Source: Piedraia hortae CBS 480.64 (lineage: Eukaryota). Taken from it: DNA of 20,000 nucleotides. Under the pieces are notes generated by a model. That model worked only from the letters and a program-made list of their open reading frames with translations. It was not told the origin of the DNA and did not search any database. A program made the position numbers and the translations under genes. The stretch's first letter is position 1; each line of letters starts with the position of its first letter. This document shows, piece by piece, positions 10,701 to 19,391 of this stretch. The stretch lies in contig MU006020.1 in the NCBI GenBank assembly GCA_010093745.1, positions 59,844 to 79,843 of the forward strand. Direction: 5' to 3'.

Positions 10701-11172
10701 GACGCATGTGTAACTTAAGACCCTACGGAAGGGCTAAACAAAGTGTAGCCCTTTCGTGGCGCGTAGTACGCGGATTTCATTTCCCGCAGAGGCCGCGGTG
10801 ACATCTACGGCCACACGCCGGAAGAAGAATCCATAGGCGCGTTTAATGCGCCCATGGTTGCTCCCACGTCGGGAGCGACATGTTGGTTGGTAATATCATG
10901 TTGGGTAAAGTTTGGAAATTGCAAAATCGGAAGTGCGGTTACGGACCCACTCTCAAGACCCTAAAACTGTCAAAGTGGGACCGAAAATGGAACCAAGACC
11001 GAAATGGAAATTCGCTCCATCCCCCAGAATTCAAGCTGGAAGCGCTTACCAAATATGGAAGTGCGGAATTTTCGCCATAGTTCAGAGTGTTGCATCTGTG
11101 CACCGTCGAGGCTATGCAGATTGCGATGCTTCCTCTTTCGGCAATACTGCGTTACTCATCTCTTTTAGTCCT

Positions 11173-11256
11173 GGCTGGATGGAACAACGCAATACTCAGA
11201 TCGGCTGCATGGAACAGCACAATACTACGTTCGAGTGGATGGAACAATATGGTACC
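11173..11256. repeat. 30-bp tandem repeat, ~2.8 degenerate copies
   Basis: GGCTGGATGGAACAACGCAATACTCAGATC (11173-11202), GGCTGCATGGAACAGCACAATACTACGTTC (11203-11232), GAGTGGATGGAACAATATGGTACC. Confidence 0.85.
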
Positions 11257-11511
11257 AAGAACTGACCGTTTAGTAACAACAATGCACTATATTGTGTTGT
11301 TATTACCACACGCTCAGATTTCGATTCAAAGATGTGGTTGAGCCGTGACTCCCATACGAGAAACGTCAACTCCCGCGGCGAACTTCCGCACGCCAAGACA
11401 ATCTGTCATTCCGATCGCAAATATTCATCTGCCGAATATCCCTCACGCAACCGCCCACTTCCAGCATTACAACATCTCACATTGATTGCAATATCGATAG
11501 CCCCAACCAAC

Positions 11512-12579
11512 ATGGACCAGAAAGCTTCTTCCACGGTCTCTCTCGTTGAAAAAAAGCCTGCAGGCTTACAGAATGCTTTATCGGTTGTAATCAATGCCGT
11601 AGAAGACAAAATCAACAGGATAGCCATCCAGACCATGCCTAAAACCCCGCCAAATGAGTCTCGAGTTCGTGTGGGTCAAGTCGCAGAAGAAACCCCATTG
11701 CTGGGAATAACTAGCCCCCATACTTCACGTTTTAAGCCGGGGCAAGAGGTGGAAGAATTATTCCATGACACCGATGTCGTTACGGACTACCCAACCATTG
11801 ACTACAGGCTATCCGAATATGAAGAAAGTCACCTCGCACTCCTACGGCATCAAGAAGCGAACTTGCCGGAGATTGAAAAATACACAGACATCTACCCAAA
11901 GTCGGGTGCTACTCGCGGAATGATCGCAACCTTGATGATATGCATCATTGACCAAGTCCGACTTCCCAAGGAGATTCTTCTCCATGGCATCTATATCGTG
12001 GATCGACTACTGTCATGTCACCCTTCCATCAACAACGACAGAATGGAGCTCATGGGCCTCACAGCGCTCTGGCTCGCGGTCAAATTTGAATATCGAAACG
12101 CCCCGTCAGCCGAAAGCATGGTCTCTGTTCTCCACAGCGGCTACTCTGCAACCGAGCTTATCGAAAGCGAGCGATTCGCTTGCAACGCTCTCGAATATCG
12201 CCTTGTTTACCCCAGCCCAGCATCGTTTCTCAGGGAATATCTGATCGCGACGTGCTGGGGTGATGACATCCATACGCTGGCTTGGTGTTTGATTCATGTT
12301 TCATGCTTTGAGAATGGTTTTGTGGGTGCCAAACCTTCGCTTGTTGCAGCTGCTGCTTTGATGTTCACCAGACAGGTGTTTCTGCTTGATGAATGGACGA
12401 GCAAACACTCAGAGGTTACTGGCTATACAGCCGAGGAGTTGAGGTCTTTAGTTGGGCTTTACAAAGCCGTCATTGCTTCGTCGAATGGGCATAGGCCCTT
12501 TGAGGAGCCCTTCGGTTCGCCGAAATACGAGTATCTTTTGGACGCTGCGCGCGTAATGGCCTGGGATGAAGGGCACTGA
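11512..12579 (+). CDS. Divergent, intronless B-type (Clb3-like) cyclin, 355 aa from ATG 11512
   Basis: Cyclin box ..LPKEILLHGIYIVDRLLS..MELMGLTALWLAVKFEYRNAPS..GYSATELIESERFACNALEYRLVYPSPASFLR and Cyclin_C region TLAWCLIHVSCFENGFVGAKPSLVAAAA..WTSKHSEVTGYT. No stops or frameshifts. Confidence 0.88.
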   Translation: MDQKASSTVSLVEKKPAGLQNALSVVINAVEDKINRIAIQTMPKTPPNESRVRVGQVAEETPLLGITSPHTSRFKPGQEVEELFHDTDVVTDYPTIDYRLSEYEESHLALLRHQEANLPEIEKYTDIYPKSGATRGMIATLMICIIDQVRLPKEILLHGIYIVDRLLSCHPSINNDRMELMGLTALWLAVKFEYRNAPSAESMVSVLHSGYSATELIESERFACNALEYRLVYPSPASFLREYLIATCWGDDIHTLAWCLIHVSCFENGFVGAKPSLVAAAALMFTRQVFLLDEWTSKHSEVTGYTAEELRSLVGLYKAVIASSNGHRPFEEPFGSPKYEYLLDAARVMAWDEGH

Positions 12580-12699
12580 TACATGATGCTAAGTGCTGTG
12601 CATCTGAGAGAGGTTTATTGTAGATTCATAGACCGTATGTAGGATATTAAATGTGCTGAATAGATCTTTGAGCCATATTTTACCCCCATTCACTTTGGT

Positions 12700-13600
12700 C
12701 AGAAACTCTACGTAAGACGTATGCTATTACTACAATGATCATGATTGCAGGCTTCAGGGTTGCCAGAGTCAGCGGTGTGAGTACCCTCAAAAAAGAAAAT
12801 GATTGCACTATCGCACCGTTCTCAGCAATCTTGCTTACTGTTCGCTTAAAATGGACCTCGCGGCATCGATAAAATTGCCTGAAGTTGAAATTCATGTCCG
12901 GAGGAAGGTCGCATTGCCTGCGTAAGCTTACAGCCAAGGATCCCATGCGTTCCCCGGAAAGTGTTAAACGCCATCAAGCTAGTTTGAGATGGAGGACAGT
13001 AGCAAGAAGAGGGACAGTTCTGTCCAGTATCAAGCTATGGCCAGATGTGAAAGCAATATTGTCATTTGTGGAGTCTCTATCGTAGATGAACCTCCTCTCG
13101 GTGAAATCAGTTTCGTTATCTTGGAGTCCAAGCCATACTTACTTCGGCGACGAGTCTTTCCTCGAACTTGGCAATGTCCCCAATGGATTTGTGCTGGGCA
13201 ACGACTCTATGCTTATGGTGCCTACCTCCCAGAGTTCTGCCACAGTTCAAATCAGTGAGCGACTTGCGAGCTCTTTTGCCCACGACCAGGTTATGGGGCG
13301 TTGACTCCGGACTCTCGAGGATCATTTCCGTAAAGTTCGCCTGGCTCCTAAAATCTAGCGGGATTTGTGATGGCCTCCGATGCGCAAGATGCCCTTTAAG
13401 GATGAATCTGTCCTTATGCGTGACGGTCTTGAGCATATCTGCACACGCCTTGTGCTCCATCTGCTCGTCATGGTACACACATCTTATCTGTGTTGGCGCT
13501 GGAGCCACGACCCAGCGCTTTCCGAGGACAAGAGTTCTTGGACGTTTTGCAATCTTTCAGTCTCAGATTGCCGAGTCGCCACTTGAGTTATATATGAGTA
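12700..13600 (-). pseudogene. Possible MULE/Mutator-like transposase remnant
   Basis: APAPTQIRCVYHDEQMEHKAC resembles the MULE fP....lC.wH...n motif. HNLVVGKRARKSLTDLNCGRTLGGRHH..KSIGDIAKFEERL resembles the fv.aw....hfG..tt.r.E..H..lK...s.gdl segment. Very decayed; boundaries are approximate. Confidence 0.3.
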
Positions 13601-13866
13601 CTGCGATTGTTGCCTCCATACACGACTATTGAGCACGCGCTACACTACCCAATACCCCCCGCGTCTTGTCACGTCTCGCAACCCACCTCGCGAGTCGTCA
13701 CGATTTGTGGACTCTAGGTTTATACCTGAATTGCCTCGTCCCAGATAATTCGATTACTTATTAACAGCCTCACAAACTACGCAATCCTACAATAAACTGA
13801 GAATATGGTATAATTTGAGGAAAGATCATGACATTCTACTTCCATTAATTAAGGTTAGCTTGATAA

Positions 13867-13891
13867 ATACGCAGTCAATCCTGCATCAGAC
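13867..13891 (+). repeat. Left terminal inverted repeat
   Basis: ATACGCAGTCAATCCTGCATCAGAC versus the reverse complement of 19367-19391, ATACGCAGGCAATCCCGCATCAGGC (3 mismatches). Confidence 0.9.
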
Positions 13892-14195
13892 AAAATCAGC
13901 CTGAAATCGGTCTGAAACCGACTGAAAATCTATCTGAGATCTGGCTGGTTTCAGCCCTGTGATCGGTTGGAATCTGCGGAATATGTGTCTGATTTCAGGT
14001 GAGATTTAGCCTGACTTCGGGCCTGTTCCTATCTGATATCAAGTTTGTTTCTATGTGATATCGTATCTGTGGCAGTCTGACTCTAGCTGGTTTCCGCCTG
14101 ATATCGTGCTTGTAGCTCTCTGATTGAAGGCACTCCGTTAGATTGATACCAGGCTTGAATGAGCTGGAATCAGGTGTGCTATTTTCAGAAATCAT
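13892..14195. repeat. Left subterminal array of degenerate ~11-bp units (AAATCAGCCTG / CTGAWWTCAG-like)
   Basis: AAATCAGCCTG AAATCGGTCTG AAACCGACTGA AAATCTATCTG AGATCTGGCTG GTTTCAGCCCT.. GTCTGATTTCAGGTGAGATTTAGCCTGACTTCGGGCCTG.. Confidence 0.75.
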
Positions 14196-14281
14196 GTTGA
14201 CGACTTTTGGCCTATCTAACAAACATTACACTGTGCCGAAGTCCTCTTGCGATCTACTTCCCGGAGGTCCAGGAATAACTG

Positions 14282-16033
14282 ATCAGGCGGATTGCCCGGC
14301 TAGGACCTTGCCGTCCTTGGAGACCCCGCCCACCGTTTCCCTTCTTCTCCCATCCATGGCATTGGAGGTCTCGCTCGAAAATGAGCCCCTAGTGATAATG
14401 CCAGGGACTGCAGTTCATATGCGAAGAACTCACCTGTCGTCTGCGGAAAGAAGGCGATAATTTAGGTCCCATTGCTCCAAAAAGTCGGCTCGGCTGGCAG
14501 AGCATTGCGACACCTTCCACTACTGCAACGTAGAAGTCAGGATGATTAGCATTGGACTGGAACATGTATAAGTTATCCTATCCAAAGCGAAGCAGCCTTT
14601 GCCTGCTCCTCGGAGACGCTGAAGGCGAGGGGGAGGGGCTGAAGACGGAGTGCGGTAAACACGCTGTAAAGCAGTGTCTCCTCGTGGGCGTCTCTTAACC
14701 GCTTTCGCAAGTCTTGGCGCAGATCAGACTTGATCTGCGAGATCTCGGAGAGGACGGACTGTGTGGGGGCCTTTGCCATAACACCCCGGGAGCGCAACTC
14801 GGCCTAGAAATTCCATTAGAGCGACCCTGGATGCTAGAAAGAAGGTCGTGCTGAAGCTCTTACCGCGATGGCGGAATTGTCGCCCCATAACGCGCCCCCA
14901 GCGTGCTCCCAGAATAGCAGCTGCCGCATTGCAGCGCGGATTCCCTAAGGTAGAATTAGTCTTGTCCCCAATCGCATTGAAAATGTAGGTCTTGACTCAC
15001 TCCCTTGGCCGCTTTCGTTTCGTGCATTTCGTTTACCCGCGCTTCAAGGGCCTGGAGGCGGGTGTGCATGTCTTTATTCATCGTGACGAGCTTGCCGATG
15101 TATTTAATCGCAACCCCTAGGGCCACGTTGGGCGGCGCCTGGAGAGATCTTACACTGACTTGGTCGCTCAAGCCCGGAATTGCAAATGTACCTCAACCAC
15201 ATCCACCAAGAGAAAGGGACTGCTAATATCAGCTGCCCTGACTCTGCTTCCTGCATCTATAGTGGTCATAGTTGGCCACGAAGGGCGCACACGGGCCGTC
15301 TGCGACAAACTGCCGGCGATGCCGAGTGGATCGTCACTCATTGAGGGCACCGGGGTATCGGCGGGAGACGCGCGAGGCGATGACAAGCTTAGGGAAGCCG
15401 TAACCCGACGCTGATGTTGTGCACGCAAGATGCTGGGTCCACCGCTCCAGCCCGCCCTGTGGGGACAATGGAAACGGATTTTGGTAGGGGAGTCAGGTGG
15501 GTAACCGAGGGAGCGATGTTGGCTCTCATCTCGGTGAGGCTGTCGCCATCCTCGACATCCTCAACGAAATTCATATAATTGGCATTGCCTATGTGGCCGA
15601 GGTCGTCGCGTATCTCGTCATCAACAAGGTCCTCATCAAAAGAGTGTTTCCTGTCCTCGTAATCATTGTCAGCCTCACCATCAACATAACCAAATTCTCC
15701 AAAGGAGTCGTGAGTATCGGCAGTTGGCCTAATTAGATGCGGTATCAAATTATAGGCGTACATAGCTCTCGATAAATGCTTGATCATACCTTTCGGCTGT
15801 GATGCGTGCGCGCTTGAGGTTTGGCATAGATTGGGCTTCTTCGACCAATGTTCTCTTGCCTCCGCGACCGCCTCTGGCACCGCCTCTGGCACCGCCCCTT
15901 CCGCGACCTTTTCCCTCGGTCTTTTGCATCGCGACGATCTCCGGGTCGCGCGTTGGATCTTGTGTTGGGAATCTTGTGACAGTGTTGATGTGTTATTGTG
16001 AGGGAGCAAAGAAACCAGCGATGCATGCCCCAA
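14282..16033 (-). pseudogene. Transposon accessory gene (unknown function) with up to four introns; disrupted
   Basis: - strand introns 15000-14945 (GTGAGT..ACTAAT..TAG) and 14863-14804 (GTAAGA..CTAAT..TAG) splice in frame: ..RLQALEARVNEMHETKAAKG|GIRAAMRQLLFWEHAGGALWGDNSAIA|AELRSRG..EISQIKSDLRQDLRKRL..KAASLW. A third intron has branch GCTAAT and an acceptor at ~14520-14523 but no intact donor. A fourth is 14433-14389 (GTGAGT..TAG). The acidic/Ser-Pro-rich N-terminal part is split over three frames. Ends are approximate. Confidence 0.7.
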
Positions 16034-16603
16034 AAGCGTTTAGCTTAGAACGCCTTGTTTGCTTGTCTTTATTCCCTCGCTTTAGCTAATCAAACAGAGA
16101 CTGCCCTCAGACCCTAAGCAAGTTCAGGTATAGTGCAGTAAAAGCAGAGGATGGCAGCTCTATCTGATCGGCTGAAGCAGAGAATTAGGCTGCCCTTCAT
16201 CTTGTTGAATATTGTTGAATGACGTCCCAAGCGGATCGGGCCGGTACAGGCCGGGAGGTGATCACACCTTCTCAATCTTGTTGACAATATACTTTGAGAT
16301 AGTCACAACTTTACTACCATAACTCCCATCTCGTAAGTTGTTACCTCTCTATGAGAACGAGAATTGGATACGATACCTCACCTTGGTAGCCACCTAACGA
16401 TAGTGAAACAACAGCCTTCATTCCATTCAGTAATAGCTATACGTTTTACCTAAACTTAGGGAAAGGTCTATAGTATAATTTGAGGATTGCACGCCGCATT
16501 GACCTTCCTTGCTTAACGCCACAAAACTAGTTCAAAAGCTTTTCGATATCCAAACGACCGGACTGGCATATCACCGCATATAAACCAGTTCAGATTTCTC
16601 GAG

Positions 16604-19129
16604 ATGCCTGCTACGCGGTGCCACATCTGTCATAGAATTGGGACGGGCAAGTCAACCATGAAAACGCCGTACAGTAAAGACGTTCACTTTTTGACGGCAA
16701 TCCATCAAAGGAACAAGAACAACTTGAGACACGACCCGGAAGAGTACCAAGCGGCCTTGGATTTCGACGGATCCGAGGATGCCGATGCTTGCATGAGACC
16801 GGTCCTGGAATCGCGAGCGCAGGACCCCAAAATCCTAGCTCGACAGACCACAACTCAAGCTGCAAGCACTGTGAATCCGGCGCCTTCCTGGAATATGAAC
16901 GCCCAAGCATTATACAATGATTTGTTCGAGTTTTGCATGGATATGGACAACCAAGTTGACGGGCGAGATGAAGACCAAGAGGCGGAAGACGAAGTCAATT
17001 GCAGTTACGATGAGAGTGACTGGGATTGTAAAGATGACGACACTACCATCAGCGATGCCAGCAATATTAGCGAGTCAACTCACGAGGACGAAGATGTCGA
17101 GTTTTCGACAGGTAACGAGAAATTAGACATCGAAACTTCAGTACCGATCGACCAAGATATGCCATATTCTTCTTGTTTTATTCCGCCAGAAAACATCGAC
17201 ATGAGACTGCCTCACAATCCATGGAACCCGTTTGCTTGCAAACAAGATGCCCTTTTGTTTGCAATATATTATTCTCATCGTCATCCTATCAGTGATACTC
17301 TGGTGAAAACCTTTTTGAAACTGATGAAGGAGCTTGCAAAGATCCCAACCAGACTCAAAGTACCCTCATTGGGAAGACTGAAGAACTGTCGTAAAATCAT
17401 TCCCAAACCTCAGGTTATTCGTCGCGAGACCAAAGATGGGGCATAATTTTATCAGGTTAGTGTGCTTGACATTGCACGCATGCAAACCTGTAGGAGCAAT
17501 ACAGAAGTCGTCCACTACCCCGATGTGGTAGAGCAAGTGGCGACCTCGCCCGATGGGCTTGCTTCGAAAAGTTGTTCCGAGATGTGGCTCGGCACCAAGT
17601 GGCGTTGGGAGCTACGTAAACAACGACCCACGACGATTAACTGGATCTAAGGGAGGCCAGTCAGTTTTTGGCTTGGAGACGTTCTGCGGATGAGTCCATC
17701 CAGCTCGACCAGATACGCCTTGTGTTATGACCTGAAGATCCACTCTAGCCTGCAGACATAGGAAAACAAGACATAATTTATTCGAGGGATTCCGCTGGTT
17801 TGTTAGAGCTGGTGAACGGGTGCACCCAAGGAAGACGAAGTTCTCTATTCCTACCAAGGACGGTATGTTAGGGGTGAGCGAGACGACCGTGGTTATCCTC
17901 GAAGAGACCCAAGTTATGGATACCCGGGCCAAGGAAGATGTTGAGTTTGTTCCGCAAGATGGCACGCCGCTCCATGAAGACTTTGGTCCATTCCTGCGGA
18001 CCCCACATCCGGCAAAGAAGTTCTACACGAAGCATGACGCCCATGTTGTGCAGCTCAGTGTCAACTTTTGGCAGGACGGGGTAAGTGCGGCGCGAGGAAA
18101 ACGGTGGAATCCCCTGGAAGTGTGGACTATAAATTTGGCTGGCTTTTCACGCAGGGTGAGTCTTGGCTGTCAATGCAAACAAATCGTTGTGAGAACTGGA
18201 CCTAATGTGTGATTTGGTCTAGCACAATTTTCACGTCTCTGCCAACTACTATGTTGCGGTTGGTGCCAAGATGAAGGTCACCAGTATGCGCGGTGAGCTG
18301 ATGCCGGATCTGGTTCGGCCCCAGCGCGGCGTGCGGGCCTTCAACTCGCGCAGTGGCCGCCATGTGCTCATCTCTAGACGCGCCTGTCGGTTCATGGCCG
18401 ATAATCCTGCCGCGGCGGCGCTTTGCTCGATCCGTTGGCATGATTTTTACTGGCGCTGGGCAGTATTCAATCAATGGAAGGACCTTACCGATGTTCCCAG
18501 CCTGGGGTTGCTACGACATACCAAGGGATGAACTTCTCAACCTTTGCCAAGGAAAATGGAAGAGGTCCATGATTGGCCTGCCAAATTCTTAGATTTCCGG
18601 CCCTAAGATCAAACGTCTGCGCACTCAGCTTCCTGCAACGACCTAGGCCGCGCACAACAGGCTGGTCAGCACGTATGGCCTGAGATGAAGCCGGAGGGAA
18701 TGCCGTCAATTCTCTAGATGTCTCGGATCTACATCATGTGGAGTAGGCTCTTTCGTGCAATGCTGGGAAAGCAGCACGATATTCCGCGTCAACGCGATCC
18801 TACGACAGGTTAAGACACCACAGACGGCGATTGCCCTAGTTGAGGAGTTCCGGACTGTGGCTCCCCAGAACAACAACGAAGGCCTTTGTGCGTCGGTCAA
18901 AGTTACCTTGCTCGCCTCGACACGAGGTTACAGAATCGTCCCGAGAGGAGATCTGGCCCGCGTTCTCAATGTCATGCATTTGTGTGGCTAGTGGCTTGGC
19001 GTAAAGCAGGATCTCATCGCTTATCGAACGGAAAGGCAGATGGCCCCTGGTGATGTATGGCCGCACGAGGTAGAGAGCGCGTCTAGCCGCTGGATGGCCA
19101 ATATCCATATGCTTAATCTGCATAGCTGA
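16604..19129 (+). pseudogene. CACTA-related (CMC-type) fungal DDE transposase pseudogene with N-terminal Zn finger; intron 18156-18222
   Basis: Ordered motifs: CHIC..HFLTAIH Zn finger, acidic linker, PWNPF, KVPSL, GA*FYQ, HYPD..SEMWLGTKWRWEL, HPAKK..QLSVNFWQDGVSAARGKRWNPLEVWTINLAGFSRR|HNFH.., GVRAFNS..FMADNPA, then C-terminal GSFV..DLARVLNVMHLC..RTERQ..WMANIHMLN. In-frame stops at 17444, 17648 and 18989; frameshift at ~17750. The GTGAGT..CTAAT..TAG intron splices in frame. Confidence 0.8.
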
Positions 19130-19231
19130 TTGGGAGGCCAAGCATGACAGGGTTTCTCCACCATCGCGTGGCTTTTATCAATTTTAATTCATTCTGCACA
19201 TGTTAATGAAACGTGCCTTATTATGTAGTTT

Positions 19232-19366
19232 CGGAATCAGGTAGTTGTCGTGACAGCCTGAAAACCAACGCCATGTGGAATCCTGATCTCAGGTCTCCTG
19301 AAATTCTGACTGTGACAGCCTGAAAACATGATCCTGTGATATCCTAATTTCAACTTTCAGGTGGTA
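19232..19366. repeat. Right subterminal repeat region
   Basis: Exact 16-mer GTGACAGCCTGAAAAC at 19250-19265 and 19312-19327; near-palindrome CCTGATCTCAGG at 19282-19293; several CCTGA/TCAGG motifs as at the left end. Confidence 0.8.
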
Positions 19367-19391
19367 GCCTGATGCGGGATTGCCTGCGTAT
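19367..19391 (-). repeat. Right terminal inverted repeat
   Basis: GCCTGATGCGGGATTGCCTGCGTAT; its reverse complement matches 13867-13891 at 22/25. Confidence 0.9.

Larger units (their letters stand above)
13868..19390. mobile_element. ~5.5 kb TIR DNA transposon of the CACTA-related (CMC) type with two divergently oriented genes; inactive copy
   Basis: Inverted repeats at 13867-13891 and 19367-19391 (22/25 identical), CTGA/TCAG-rich subterminal arrays inside both ends, a transposase pseudogene on + and a spliced accessory gene on -. Confidence 0.85.

Noticed and set aside
11173..11256. CRISPR-like interpretation of the 30-bp repeats
   Set aside because: Units are contiguous and degenerate with no unique spacers; eukaryotic context and no cas genes.
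11332..11511. 60-aa N-terminal extension of the cyclin ORF
   Set aside because: Looks like 5' UTR/promoter sequence; ATG 11512 has a better context (CCAACATGG). Not excluded without transcript data.
13643..13647. CACTA pentamer as the left end of the transposon
   Set aside because: No matching inverted partner near the right end; the real inverted repeat starts at ~13868.
15858..15908. 12-bp repeats (ACCGCCTCTGGC) as a separate element
   Set aside because: Simple coding repeat (AVPE-AVPE-AVAE) within the accessory gene.
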